DNA of 64,000 bases from Phoronis australis (taxonomy: Eukaryota; Animalia; Phoronida): positions 166,892-230,891 of the forward strand of contig NMRA01000451.1 in assembly GCA_002633005.1 (NCBI GenBank). Direction: 5' to 3'. Positions 12,232 to 25,602 of this stretch are shown here, piece after piece. Position 1 is the first letter of the stretch. Every line of letters begins with the position of its first letter. The position numbers and the translations under genes were made by a program. Under the pieces are notes generated by a model. The model had not been told where the DNA came from. It saw nothing but the letters and a program-made list of their open reading frames with translations, and made no database searches.

Positions 12232-15019
12232 GAGAGCAAATCAGGAAACAAAGTACGATACCTTACTGAGGTGAATAGACTTAGAATGCTGAAACTTCAA
12301 AGAGAAATTCATGGAAAACTGAAATTTGGAGAGAATTATGGACAATTGCCCAGTGTTGCAACAAGACAAAGAGATCACGTGGTACAATTAAACCAATAAT
12401 CGTAGAACAAAGAGGGTCACTGACCCGAGAATCCAAACAATATGATAATGAGGACGAAGCAGTATAGTTTACATAAAATAATTTAATACTTAAATAATAT
12501 TTATACCAATGGCGGAGACTAGTAGATCTATGTAGTGAACGTCAGAAGGAGAATCGCAGTCGTCCTGCTCTACGAGATTGAGAAAAAGACGTGTTAGCCA
12601 GTACAAAAGCAGCATTACCAACAAACCGTGTACCTGTAAGCGACTCGTTCGATAGGTGAGAAACAATGACGACAAGACTGAATGCTTGAACTCATGAAGG
12701 TTTTCCATTACAACACAAGGCTTTCGATGGACAAGTACATGTATAAGTCAGTAAGTGTGCTGTTTGTGAAATGTTCAGTGACTCGTATGCACGGTTAGAG
12801 CATTCACTGATGGATAACTGATCTCAGTCAGCAAACATTGGACCCGAATCATTTTGAAGAGCCTCAATTCGACCAACGGTTCAGTTTTTGTTCCGCGATT
12901 TGTTGCGCTTACTAATACTAATACTAGTACGGATTCAGGCTGACCCGGATTAGTTACACCATGTTAGTATTTTAACATGTAGTTAAAACTGCTAAGGACC
13001 TTTCATTCTAACTTCGACATGTCGATGTTTTGGGGAGTTGCAGTCAGTATGGAGGGTTAACTTCGGTTCTGAATCGAAGTTAACTGTGCCAGTTGACTTC
13101 AGCGGAGCGTTGACGCTGCGGTGCAGTATGAATGATCAACTTCAGTTACATCGAAGAAGTTATTGTTATGGGCCATTGTTTTCATCAACAATTACAGGGT
13201 AGTGTCGTCACTAATAGCTGCTCATATTTTGCTCGAATAGTCACCAATCGAATTAGAAATAGGTTTTTGTGTCAATTAGCACATGTCAATGTTACCAAAT
13301 TATCACATTAAAAAATCGTGGTGTACAAGTGTTGCATCTGCAGTACGTTGCGATTACTTCGATGACAACATCGTCAGCTACAGTTAACTTAGACATAACT
13401 TAACATCCAAAGGCGGTATAAACGGTCCAGTTAACTTCTCAGTTCATGTCGACACTCTGCTCAGACCGGAATTAAGTACAAAAGAGCTTTTAGAGCGATT
13501 TCAACTAGCAAAACAATGTAGCAATTGGTGTAAAGAATTGTCGCAGGAGACGAAGGGAGACGTTTGTAGGATGTGTTAGGGACTTCACCTGGCCATGCCA
13601 ATAGCTTTGTTAGAAAGCTTATATCCTTGTTGGTCAGTGGGGGGTAGGTCTTCCTCAAGATGGCTATACTTGAGAACTTCTTATTAGTTTTGTTTAATTT
13701 TTTCCAGTTAGAAGAATACTGACCTCCTACACTTGCCCATGTAACCGTAAGTTGATCTTTCTTATTCCAAAGTTTCAAAAGAAAGAATAGGTGTGCCAAA
13801 CTTATTCAGTTATTGATGGCCACGTTTCTCTGTATTTCCATCTTAGACTCTGCAGGTTAGGAGAAAATGGTTACTTGCAGTCTGCATGGTCCAGGCACAT
13901 TACTTGAACTCACAACAGTCAAATCACGTGATTCTATCTGTTTGCTCATGTTATGGAATTGCTCAATTTTTGAATTGTGTATCGAATACAATGGGTTCTA
14001 ATGTAAGCCTGAATTTTCATCAGTTATAAGTCTCTTAAGTCGCTGTCAGTTTAGAATGATGCTGTCTCAGCTACAAATTTTGCCTTCTGGTAATTAAATC
14101 AAACATGTTTTGAGCATAAAGGTGTGACAAATTGACTAAAAGCATGATTGCTCCTGGTAAAATGAGTCAAATTGTATTTAAACCCTACTTCGTCATCTGT
14201 ACTTTCATAATGAATGGCTTAGACAAACCCCCCCCCCCACCCTCTACGAAATTCTTTGCAAGCGTCCCAGACTGGTCATCACCTGAAGAATTCATTTCCT
14301 TAATATCTCACAATCCTAACCAGAGATAATTACTGTTTCGTTTACAGTATTTAAACATGCCTTGTTTAAAGCATGTTCAATTTCTGTTCAGGGATTCACC
14401 CAGGATTTCGAAAATAAGGAGTCCAAAATGGGGTTCCCAATATTTCGGAGTGTCCGTGATTCCGACGACGCATTGCCCCTAGCACCGTGCACCAGCCACC
14501 CCTCACATATTGATTTTTTTACAAAAATACGTAGATCAAAGCGTTCACGTCTGCGTTTTCAAAATAACCCCCTGTAGAAAGGTTTTTTACTAAAAAAAAC
14601 TGCTTGGACCTAGACTTTTACACCTAAACTTATGAATACAGCCAAGCTTACCAGACAAATATTAGAGATATTTTTTAAGGATGAGTGCACTTCGCAGATG
14701 ATGGTGTCACAGCTGTTCCATATTAAAACATGAAAATGCACATTGAAATGCACGAAACTGTTTTTCATTTGAGCTATTTATATTAGGTTTGTGTAAACCC
14801 TACTTCAGTGTGTGTTTTTATTCTAATGTATCAGTGCTTTGGAGTATGTGCAGTTGAGCAAATAACAGTTGTAATATAACTAATTTGCATGTGAAAATTT
14901 TTTAGCTCGCTTACAACTGTAGTAAAAATGCAAGCTAACTTCAGCTGCTGGTTGAAACTCTGTGTATCATTTTTGGTGTGGGGAGCAATCACGATTTCTA
15001 AAAACCTTATTTTGAAAAT

Positions 15020-16420
15020 TTGCCCTTTTACGATTCCATCCGTCGATTCAATGTCACTGCTCAGATTCATATATACACGTCTGAGTTGTCCACGATTGCC
15101 ACACACACACACTATGGCCCTGCTGTGATCTTGTTCTACGATGCACGTTTCCGAAAATTCAGTCCTCTATCCCTTCCAGTGGGACCACATCCACTGGGAC
15201 CTCTCTCGTCAAGTTTGCCTCAAGTTCGACAAGGTCCAACGCCACTCCACCTACCGTCAGTCCTTTCGCCAAGGTTCATCCACCTCCACAGTTTTTTCGA
15301 GGCCCCTATGCCTCGACCCCTAACCCCCACTCTTTCCCCACTTGTATCTGCTGGTAGCTCAACGACCAGTCCTGCAACCTTACCCTATGCCGATACCAGC
15401 ACTGTTGTGGCTTCTGCGCCGCCAACCACCTGGTACTTTCATGCACCTCCAACGCCAAAACCGTCATCGCGCCCGACACCGCAGCTGTCAGGCATCCCAA
15501 AACCCGCAAAGGTAATCAAATTTAAACCTCTCTTTTCAGGTTAAGACACCCTCTTGACTACGGAAATTATAAATGGTTTCTCTTTCTTTCCCAGATCTGC
15601 CACCCCAATCCCCCACCAACAACCCGTCCGCTCTCGGTAATCCTAGTGTTACTGTTCCGAAAATAAGACCGAAGTTCCTCTGGGTCGTTATGCTCGTCCC
15701 CTTCATTCCCTTTTTCTTTTCGCCACCCCTTGCTCTCGTCCCTAAGTCGCAACCTAACAGTTTTCGTCTTATTCCTAAATTGTCAAATCCGTCTCGTCAC
15801 TCTAATTCAGCTACCTCCCTCATTCCCCTTTAATTCTCTCAAGTTCAGTACCAATCCATAAATCACGCTATCCGTCTGTTTAACGGTCTGGACACGACTC
15901 CCTCATGGCTACGACTTGCATCATGGACACTTTTTGCATCGTACCGGTTCACCCTGACGGCTACCAACTTTTGGGCCTATCCTGGGCCAACAACTTCTTC
16001 TATGACAGGTCTCTACCATTTGAATGTGGCTCCAGCTGCAACATTTCCGAGAAGGTCAGTTCTGCGTTTCGATGGATCCTGGACAACATGCTTCATGTGG
16101 CACTCGCCTCTCACTACCTCAACGACTTCTTTTTCGTGGCTCCCCCAACCTCACCGAACTGTTTTAAGGACCTCGCCGCATTCATGTCCCTCTGTGACTC
16201 CGTGGGCACCCCTATCAATCATGACAAAACGATTCAGCCCACCACTTCAGTCATCATTTGTGGCATCCGTCTCGACTCTATAACCACAGGACAAGGTGGA
16301 CAAAAGCTGTCGACCGCCTCCTTGACTACAAAACTTCGCCTGTTCCGTCATCGTGCCTCACCATTCATATTTCGAGACCCCCACTTCTTCACTCTCAATA
16401 AAGAAGCCAGAGCAGGGTGT
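15020..16420 (+). mobile_element. Tyrosine-recombinase retrotransposon (DIRS/Ngaro) gag-RT-RNaseH remnant, frameshifted
   Basis: gag-like 'YDARFRK...QWDHIHWDL'; RT 'SPPLALVPKSQPNSFRLI', 'IVPVHPDGYQLLG', 'YDRSLPF', 'HYLNDFF' (YLDD mutated); downstream 'TLNKEARA'. Confidence 0.85.
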
Positions 16421-17079
16421 CGGGAAGAGGTCTTGCTGATAATGTCGACGACGGTACTGTTGACCAACAGGAAGAGAATCTTGTTTGGTTTGTGAGCTTC
16501 GAGCCCAACAGCTCACGCGCTGTAACGATATGAAGGATTGCCGTGAATGTGATGTGGTGGCGTTGAAGGTGCTCGGCCACGATCCGGCAAACCAGGAAGC
16601 CACCAGCGCAGCGGCAAAGCGCCCACTGGTTTCTGCAGCGTTGGCGGACAGTTTTATGTTGTCTGAAGGTATCCATTCGTGGAATAGGAACAGTGTTTTC
16701 CTATTGAACATAATTTTTTGTAATAAGCAATAATTATCAGTTTGGCTTTGAGAGAATTGTAATTAGTAGTGATGTCTGCTTTTTCTCTAAGATATAAACA
16801 TTTTACGCCGTTTTTTGCAAGCTAATTACACTTTTCAAGAGGCCTCCTATTGGTGGTTGTGGCAACTGAGAACAGGCGTGTAGGACGAAATGCAGTTCGT
16901 GAAGTGCTTCGTAAGCAAAAATAACGGAGAGGCAAGATTTTTTATTCAAGATTATGAAGAGGTTAGGGATGGTTAAACAAATTACTGCAAGGTCTGTTTT
17001 TGAAAAGGTGCAGTATGGCTGTTACAGATTGCCAAAGTTGGACAAAAATGGCTTCAGTGAAAACTTACCGAGAAAGCAA

Positions 17080-17310
17080 GTAGGGACAACATCTGAGGCA
17101 TTCTGTCAGGGCTGCGGCGACCAACTGCAGTTTTGAATTTAAGACGACTGAAATGAACTCTCTGACTTCGTTAAGACTGGCAGGGACAGGGTGGCCCACT
17201 AACAACATTTAGTTTCGACCCGGCATTGCGCAACGTTCCTTCGGTGAGGTTGAGGCGCCGCGGCCCTAAATTTTTCAGTCGCGCCGCGATACTATCTTGA
17301 CATCAATTCC
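17080..17310 (+). repeat. Dispersed repeat; second copy at ~21170-21370
   Basis: Collinear shared blocks GGGACAACATCT, AAGACTGGCAGGGACA, TTTAGTTTCRACCCGGC, GGTGAGGTTGA and GCGGCCCTAAA. Confidence 0.8.
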
Positions 17311-17647
17311 TACTTCATATTCGTTGAAAAATGCAAATGCTTCAAAACGCATGCACCAGTGTGCGCGGCCTGTACCATGTTGCAAAATCTGTCCACCAAA
17401 ATGGAACACGTAATGCATTTTGGTTGTTATTCCAGCTTTTGGCTATTCGCGTTGGATTTGTCGGTGATGCACTGTAACCAGATAATCAGAATGCTTACTT
17501 GTATTCTGTATTGCAGTGGGTAATGTCAAAAAAACATCAGAATAATTTTTTACTTCATTTGATTTTGGTGGATTTTTGACCTAACAACAAAGGGCAGAAT
17601 GTCACACAGTCAGCATAGCGACAAATGTCTTTAGTGTGTAGTGGGTT

Positions 17648-20281
17648 TTAGTGAGTAACTGGGTTTGTTCTTTTCTTTTCTATGTAACTATAAGGAAATG
17701 ATTGTAGTTTGTCATTGAATTCTATTGGTTTAACGCCCTCCGGCATGACATGCATGGAATCACGTGTGAGTCCATGACAATAGGCAGTTTCGGTTGTTAA
17801 CTCCAAACACTTTGCTGACATTTTGTCTTTCAGCTTTGGAAAATTTGGCTCTTCAAGCAACTGTACCATGCAAGTCCACGTGTTCTTGCAATGATCGTAG
17901 TGAAACAAGACTCATGTTGTCTTTTGAACGCTGTCTTTTCGATCAGAAGATATATCACAACGCCGGCAAGGTTTGGCAACGAAAACAACACCTTCCTTGA
18001 TTCCACCCAGAATGGTGGCAGTAGGTGTATCGGTAACAACCATTGTTAATTTCTCTTTAACAAGACTTTGTTCTCTAGCTAAGTTGAAATGAATGCACTC
18101 TGATAACAATTTGTTCACTGTTTCAATAAAACTTCTCAACAATTTACCGATGTCATGTCCTTTTACATTCCGGTTAACTGTAGGTAGTGTCAAATACATC
18201 ACACACAGTTTGTGTTTACTTCTACGTGTTCCTAATATGGGTTCAAGATTTCTAAATCATCTGCTGATAAAAAATATCTGAAGTAAATGAGCATCACTTT
18301 GTAAACCAATCTGAGTACTTATCAGCTCGCCATCGCAATCATCCATTTGATTGCCGTCTTGTCGAGGCCCACAACTTCAGCGAATCTCAAGAGCGACTGC
18401 AATGTGTCTTTCAAGCGGATTATCTAATCATAATCCCTTAGTGTTTTAACTTGGCCATTTACATATTTCATTCTAGTTTCAAGAGGAATCTCAGTATTGT
18501 CTAACAGTCCTCAATGTTGGCCATAAAGCAAATTCCTTCTATGCTAGGAGTTTATGCTCGGCCAGTCTGTTGTTATCGTCATTCTGTTCACATTTTAGTA
18601 TTTATTAGTGACATGTATTTTCTCTTTTTTAATTTGTGTATGGACCACCAGGAAAATAAGCTTTTAACTTTTTGATGTTATCCAGATAATGTGCATAACT
18701 TTTTTTTAATTTCGTATCTTGTACCTTGTACTTGTTATTGAATTTATTATTGTAATTATGTATCTTATCAAATAGACCAATAGTATCGTGGTTGTCCAGC
18801 AACAGTGACCTCTATCGCTTGTCTCAATGTAAAACGCTTGCCAATTAAGAACAGCCATCATTTTCTGAAGAACGTCCTTCTATCAAGAGTAGGCACTAAC
18901 CATTAAACACAGCTGGCACAAGCCCAATGGCTCAACTAAACTCCGAAGGTTTGTCCCACGACCAGGAGACCTTTTCAACTTTGGGTTCGCAGGACTGACT
19001 CCGTTATAATTTTAACGCGTTTGCATAATTTTTCGGGCTTTGGTTTTTAAAGTGAAACTACAAACTTCCCTGGAACACACACATGCACGGTACCATTATG
19101 AACGCAGTTTTGCTTATGCAACTAATGTAGAATCACAAGCGAAACATGATCAAACATTTGTTCTCAAAGCCTGTCCTGTAATCTTTACCGGTTGGTAAGT
19201 CTCAAAGTGTCACAAAAATCTCAGCATTCACAGAATAGTCGGCAAGCCAAAACTTGACAAGTCTTCTAAATGAATTTTCGATTGCAACGTCATGTTATAA
19301 GCAAACAGTGGGCACGTACTACCAAATACATGTACTATCAATGTGGGGTTGCCAAGCTCAAATTTTCACGAATTATTCTCCGCAAACTTGCCCTATGGTA
19401 ATGAGGTAGTTGGGCAGTCTCTTCCCCAAGCTTCAAGATGGCTAAATTAAATGTGTCATAATTCTGACACATTTTACAGAAATCGCCGGGATATCACGAC
19501 TAATATAAAGTTTTATTAACTTTGAAATTTTCTGCAGTATTATATGAAATGAGATCTAACGGTTATTGCAGCAATTTAAGTCTAAAAAGATGCACTTTTA
19601 TTTGAAAATTGAATAATTGCTATGAATATTCATTTAAAAAATTGAGAATAAGTGCGGTTGCAACCTTTGTTTAAAACAATAACCAAAATCATGAATGGCA
19701 TGAAATTAATTAAACTGTGCCATTGTTTTAATGACCTCAAGGCAGCGGCCAATCATTGGGCAGGATGTATTTCCCATAACCTAGCCTCAAATGGCTAAGC
19801 CGATCGGCGCCATCTTCAGACTTGGGGACAAGACTGGTAGTTGGGCGTCACTGAACAGTTAAGCTTCAGCCGCGGCCAATTTGCAGTGCCAAAAATTTAA
19901 TTCTCGTGGTAAGCCAAGCTTGGAGACAGTTGTGAGGTAGACGTTGCACGTAGAGTCGGTGAATCTGATTTGTTTGTATTTGTGAACATGTGAGGAATGA
20001 GAAAAGGCCACTTGCTTGGCTGTATAGCTGCACTCTTCTTGAAGATAGCAATTCCAAGTTGCGTTTGCGAGTTGATGGGTGTCGACTGCCAAATAGGCCT
20101 GTAGCCAAGGTTCAAACGAACCCCCCCCCCCCTCCCCCCGATGAAAAGGTCCAGCCCTAGCCTATCCGATAGGATATGATTTATACGGGCAACAAAATTG
20201 TTGTAGGTACTAGTTTTACAGTAATATGCAAGTTAATGTAAATTTTGAATTTTATCCCGATCGTATCCGGCCCTAGTAGTG
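17648..20281 (-). mobile_element. EnSpm/CACTA (CMC)-like transposon remnant
   Basis: Minus-strand 'LTMVVTDTPTATILGGIKEGVVFVAKPCRRC' and 'GLTRDSMHVMPEGV...FNDKLQSFPYSYIEK' are motifs of animal EnSpm-like transposases. A CACTACTAGGGCCGG terminus on the minus strand begins at 20281. Confidence 0.65.
19415..19836. mobile_element. MITE (~420 bp) with TIRs and 9-bp TSD
   Basis: TIRs CAGTCTCTTCCCCAAGCTTCAAGATGGC / GCCATCTTCAGACTTGGGGACAAGACTG; GTAGTTGGG on both flanks; homologous copy at 63134-63571. Confidence 0.9.
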
Positions 20282-20907
20282 ACTGTGTAGATGATGATTA
20301 GAAGAGGTATCATGATTTTCATGGGCATTGAAAGCGCGTGGTCTACGTCACCATAGGGTAACACGGGAGTCTAAAAGAAAATGTCTATGCCTAGCCCAAA
20401 CCATACAGCATTGAAAGAGTTCCCCAAAAGTAGTGGGGTGTGAATGCCTTGAAATCGACCAAAAAACAAAACAGCAGAAAACGGGTTTGTTATTTGCTAC
20501 TTTGGCGTACTTTGTAGCATAGTATGGCTTTTCAGTGCAAGCATTTTCAAATTTCGAATTGAAAGTGATCGTAAAATATCTTGTTCATCAAGTGTCCTCT
20601 TTGATTTTGGATTGGTGGGTTGACATGCATGTGTGTACACGTGTGTGCGTTTCCATTCTTTTAAATTCAGTAGACGCCGACGGTAAGTTAACTGACTACT
20701 CTTATGACTGCCATTTCTCAAAAATGAGACATTTAACTACCGCGTTTTCTGCACTGCGAAATCCCCGAATGTTCACATTATTACGTAAGTCTAGACCTAA
20801 TTAAAACTTTGATCAATGAAGAAAGTCTTCTCTTGTCGATCAGTGCCAATGGTGCACAGCCTCGCAGATTACATACGAGCAACAATCTTGATGGAAAAGA
20901 TTTCCAA

Positions 20908-21660
20908 GGTTACACGGAAGGTTCACTACTCCGAAGGTTCACTACCTTCGGAAGTTCACTACTAACTCCGACGGATCATGACTCTGATTTTCTACTAATG
21001 ACTCAGAACTGACATGAATAAAGTGTTGTATTTGTGTCTATTTAGTAATCATCTAAAGGGTGTGCAAGAGTTGAATAGTCCCAAAAATGATTTACATTGT
21101 TTACAAAAGAGCTCAGTTCCAATAACTGGTAGTCGTGATTCATGAATCTAACTAAAGACTCATTCTCAATTAGGGACAACATCTAGGGCACGGGTCGGCG
21201 ATGTGGCCACCAAAGAAGACTGAATGAGACTTCGTGAAGACTGGCAGGGACATTGTAGCTTACTAACTACATTTAGTTTCAACCCGGCCGTGCGAGTAGT
21301 TCCAGTGGGTGAGGTTGAAGCGCAGCGGCCCTAAACTTTTCTGTCGCGCTGTGAGATGATGCGATCTTGAAATTGGATTGATGAATATATCGTGGTTGAT
21401 AATTCATCAACATTCCCACATCATATTCTTTAAAAACGCAAGCACGTACTCATTTTTCCATATTCGTAAGACATGCGGACAATGTCACATGCACATGAAA
21501 TACAAACATTGTGATACAACTGTAGGTGCATCTAATAACCGAATTGTCGCTTATTTTTGCCTGTAAAAGTATAACAGTTACACCTGAGTCTGAAATTTTA
21601 TACGTTTTGGAGTAGTGAACCTTCGGAAAGGTGGACCTTCGGAATAGTGGGGCTGCTACC
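20908..21660. mobile_element. Non-autonomous TIR element with ~15-bp subterminal repeats
   Basis: (CCGAAGGTTCACTACT)n at the left end and inverted AGTAGTGAACCTTCGG at the right; GG...CC ends; flanks ATTTCCAA and ATTTCCAG (~8-bp TSD). Confidence 0.75.
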
Positions 21661-23134
21661 ATTTCCAGCGATGAAAGCAACTTTTAATAAAAATACAATC
21701 TGATGAAAAATTACGTCAAGTCATTTTCCGACTAAAAAATTACCGTCCCAGTATGTAACGAGGTGTAATCACTCATTTAAAAAACCCCGATTTGATAGTT
21801 TAGTAGGTTGCAACGCGAGAACGTTAGGCCTATATTGATGGATCACATTACGTCCGAATTTGAGTCCCGTTTTTTCCAAGCAACCGTCACGACATCCACA
21901 TTTCTGGTGTTACAAATTCCGTATTATCCCAGGAACATAGAGCTGAGAGCCATCGTTGCCGTAGATACAGATTTCCCTTTCCCTTAAATAAACTTCAAGA
22001 GCCTTACCGAAAACTCTAGTGTCCGGCGACGTCTGCAAAAGGTCCACCTTTCTAGAAATTCGAACCACCCCCGCGCAATGCAAATTTTTAGAACTCGCTA
22101 AGCCCAGCACATCAAAACTAATGTCGAGTGATTCAAAACCGTGTGTACGGTGTTTGCAGCAGTTCGTTAGGGTTTCTATGCATCTAGAACACTCTGGGCA
22201 TTGTTTTGCCTCAAATTATACATTTGAGGTGTTCCGTATCAAATCATTAGGGCCACGTGAAAAATAAAAAACGTCGAGTACATCGGTATAACGAATTTTT
22301 CAGCTTAGTCGTTATAACGGGAAAAGTGAGTATTTAGAACTAGAAAGTAACTCGTTATAACGAGATAATCGACGGTTTTATGCTTTAAGTTGCCCTAATG
22401 CTGCGCCATAGAAAAGTGGTTACTACAGGGGGTATCCCTGTGTATTCGAAAGCATTCTTCAATTTGAAAGCGTTTCGTAAACTCAGTTTCTCACCAGAAA
22501 AATAAGAATTCCAATGACCTCACAAAATCAGGCGAGTGAAAAGAAAGTCTCTTATTAGTAGGCCTCCGTTCGGGAGCATACGAGTGTATCCATAGAACGA
22601 ATTCTGTGGTCTGTCCAAGCAAATATGCCGGCTACTGATTAGCACTTTTGGGATGAATTATGTAGTGTTTCTTGTCCATGAGTGATGATTTTTCAACTCG
22701 AGTACAAACCAATGTCTTGCAAGCTACGGATTACTCTGTTGCAATTTTGGATATGAAACACCTTCGAGGCTCTAATTTTTGACCGGCGATGAACGATTTC
22801 CCTTCATGTGCGGCAGCAAAGATATCACGCACGACTCAAATAATATATACATGGAATCAACTTACTGCAGTAGAAATAGGCACTTAAACGAATGGAATCA
22901 TACAGAAAATGTATAATAATACATGACGATTGTCAAACTTTATTTCAATAGCATACACGTGAGTCAGACAGGTTCTCTAATATTCCTTAAGCCGCAAAAT
23001 ATATCAATTGCAAAAATTGTTAATCATTAATTAAGAGGTTGCAATCGACTTTGCAATCTGATCACAGAACATCTGTGATAAATTGAGAAGATTTAGATGT
23101 TTTTCCGTGGGTCCTGTTCTACCCTGAACCTTCT

Positions 23135-23239
23135 CTAATTCTTGGGTGAACACTTTTCGGAGAGCATGACGTATCGTGGGGTACGCCACGGCTGGTCCCA
23201 TACGACCACTTGACATTCTTTATTTGGACAAGCAGAATC
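23135..23239 (-). CDS. Two-domain cystatin, copy 1, exon 5 (terminal)
   Basis: Acceptor TTTTAG|, then DSACPNKECQVVVWDQPWRTPRYVMLSEKCSPKN*. AATAAA on the minus strand at 22939-22944. Total protein ~252 aa. Confidence 0.9.
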   Translation of the reverse strand, partial: DSACPNKECQVVVWDQPWRTPRYVMLSEKCSPKN

Positions 23240-24132
23240 CTAAAATACACCAAGTTTTAATTCTGAAATAGACGAGTTTAAAGGATTATGCAGTACACAT
23301 TTGTGTGAACAGTGGACGTGGCTTGCAATACACCATTCTTCGCACGAGATTCCGTAGAGTTAGCTCCTCTGGACCGACGCTGTCGTTAATAAGGTGCTGA
23401 ATTTGGAGGTGTGCGGTGAGTGGTGAAAGTGTGAAAAGAACTGAAAAACTATGCTAAAAAGGAGAAGACAGTAGAAGGCTGTTACAACCAGAAGAAGCTG
23501 TACGCAGTGAACATGGCCGGGAAATATCAAGTTTGTCCGTGTCTCCGAGCTCAATAAATGGTTATGTGCAATAAACAGAAAAAAATGCAAAAATAAATAA
23601 TTTTCAGTAATTGAAGAAAGATGGGTCAAATGTAACTTTTTGTTTAAAATGCGACATTTCTCAAATACGCAAGAGGGTGTTGTGACCTATATTGTATTGT
23701 CGCCCGTGCCCACGTGCCTGAATGCGAATCCACCCAAAACATATTTCGAAGTTAGAAAATCAGTTTTCTTCAGCTCTTTTAAAACAATGCCATCGCGTTC
23801 TCGTATATACTTTGTTTGCACTGAAATTAGTTACAACAAATTGCCTGTAATTCCAATAGACATATTTTGGTGACTGAGCTAACCCGTCGTGACAAGCAAC
23901 ATAATGGATCTGACCAGAAGCGCTACCGACCTGACAGTTGTTCTCAGACGAAAATCAAAAGTTGGTTCTTAACCTCGACGGCGCGATGTTATTGCACCGA
24001 ATGACTGAACTTGAAAAGGCAAAAATGTCGTTTAATATTATTCAGTCATTGACAATGTGGTGCTTGTCAATATACAAGTACTGTGACAGAATTCTCCCGC
24101 TTAGCTATATAAGGGTGCTGAAAACTTCATAC

Positions 24133-24243
24133 CTGCACGTCATCAACTAGTTTACACTCGTTCTCCGACACAGGCACGTGCTGCTTGGCGCACTTGGAAT
24201 AGCCCATCTCCGTTGTGATGAAATACTTCCAGCCAGCAACCAC
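24133..24243 (-). CDS. Two-domain cystatin, copy 1, exon 4
   Basis: Acceptor TCACAG|, then VVAGWKYFITTEMGYSKCAKQHVPVSENECKLVDDVQ, donor |GTATGA; completes the second QVVAG. Confidence 0.92.
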
Positions 24244-25173
24244 CTGTGATAAACGAAGTATAGGATTTTTAAAGGACAGAGTCTCTGTAAACGGCTCAAA
24301 AGGAGCGCGTAAGACAGCTGTTTGCATTGTCAAGCTTAAAGCATGGTACTGACTGAAAAGGGTGAAATTATTAATAACCGTGAGGTTTGCCTAATAAAGA
24401 ATCTTGAAATTGGTTGTTATCGGCAAAGCTGCCTTTTGGGAGTTTGACCAACAGTACTCAACGAGGGTGGGAGCAAACTCGCAATGGTTGGCGACGGAAG
24501 GCAGCTGAAATATTGGCAAACTTGGTACTTTGTAATTAACAGGGGGAGAGGGGAACGTAAAATTAAAACAGTCAAGCTTCGACCCGGGATATTTCAATTC
24601 ATGTAGTTGTGACAATGCATTCTAGTGACTCTGAAAGAAGATTGAAGAAAAAACACTCATCCGGAAGCGGATCACTCATTCAGAGCGGAACCCTGAGTAT
24701 AGGGGGCGGTGTTGACCTGGGAAGAGTACTACAAACGATCTGCGTTGGCACAAAATTGGCGACTACCGGAGACGGGTGAAATTTAGTTTTGGGCATGAGG
24801 GGCTGCACTGCCATGCAACATCTCAAGGAAGCTAATGTAGTAGCTGCCTATTCGTTACCCTTGACAGTTGTCATGTCAAATGAAATAAATTATACAGTCG
24901 TTGTAGGAGAACAGAGAAAAAGACTCTTCTTATCCACGTCATACTTTTAGAGTGTTTCACGTCTGTCAAAAAGATATGGTTTGAGGCCAAGCAATATCAT
25001 AATTCGGATCCTGGGATATTAATTTTTGAAAAAGGGTTCTGTTGTGAGATACTTGTTTGTTTGTCCGTATCTTGAAAACGAAAACAATCAGTTGAAATGT
25101 GTTGGGATGCATGTATAATTACCTCACGTCATCTGTTGATGCCAGCTGAAATGTGTCGGGATCCTTTTTTACT

Positions 25174-25192
25174 CAGCGCCATCTAATGGCAG
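25174..25192 (-). promoter_or_regulatory. CTCF-like motif in cystatin copy 1 intron 3
   Basis: CTGCCATTAGATGGCGCTG closely matches the CTCF consensus. Confidence 0.4.
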
Positions 25193-25602
25193 CTTTGAGG
25201 CGCAGAATTTAAAATGAGTAGGACACTGACCAACTAACACTAAGACTGCTTTCCGTAGAACCAAAACATTACTTTGATCTTACGTCAAAAATTCTTCGCT
25301 TATTTAACAGAATTTATGAATTTTATCCCATAATTTATGAATTTTATCGCATAATTTATGAATTCAATCCCATTACTCAGCATGGCATACCCACCCACAA
25401 TCACTTCACTGGTCCTCATTCTGCTGGGATAGGATATAACCTCGTATTTTACTCGCGTGGTTTTAAGAGATACGACTTTCCTCTGAAAAAAACTTTGTCA
25501 TTTTGGCCACAAAAATGAAGTGGTCAAATAATTTTCAACAAACGTACTTCATAGGTTTTTATTTGTATGACTTGACCCAGGTTACTTTTGAAAGCATCCT
25601 AC

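Noticed and set aside
15020-15544. 174-aa Pro-rich ORF as a host gene
   Set aside because: Out-of-frame reading of the C-rich DIRS gag region.
25312-25372. 21-bp tandem repeat (AATTTATGAATTTTATCCCAT) x3
   Set aside because: Simple intronic slippage repeat with no sign of function.
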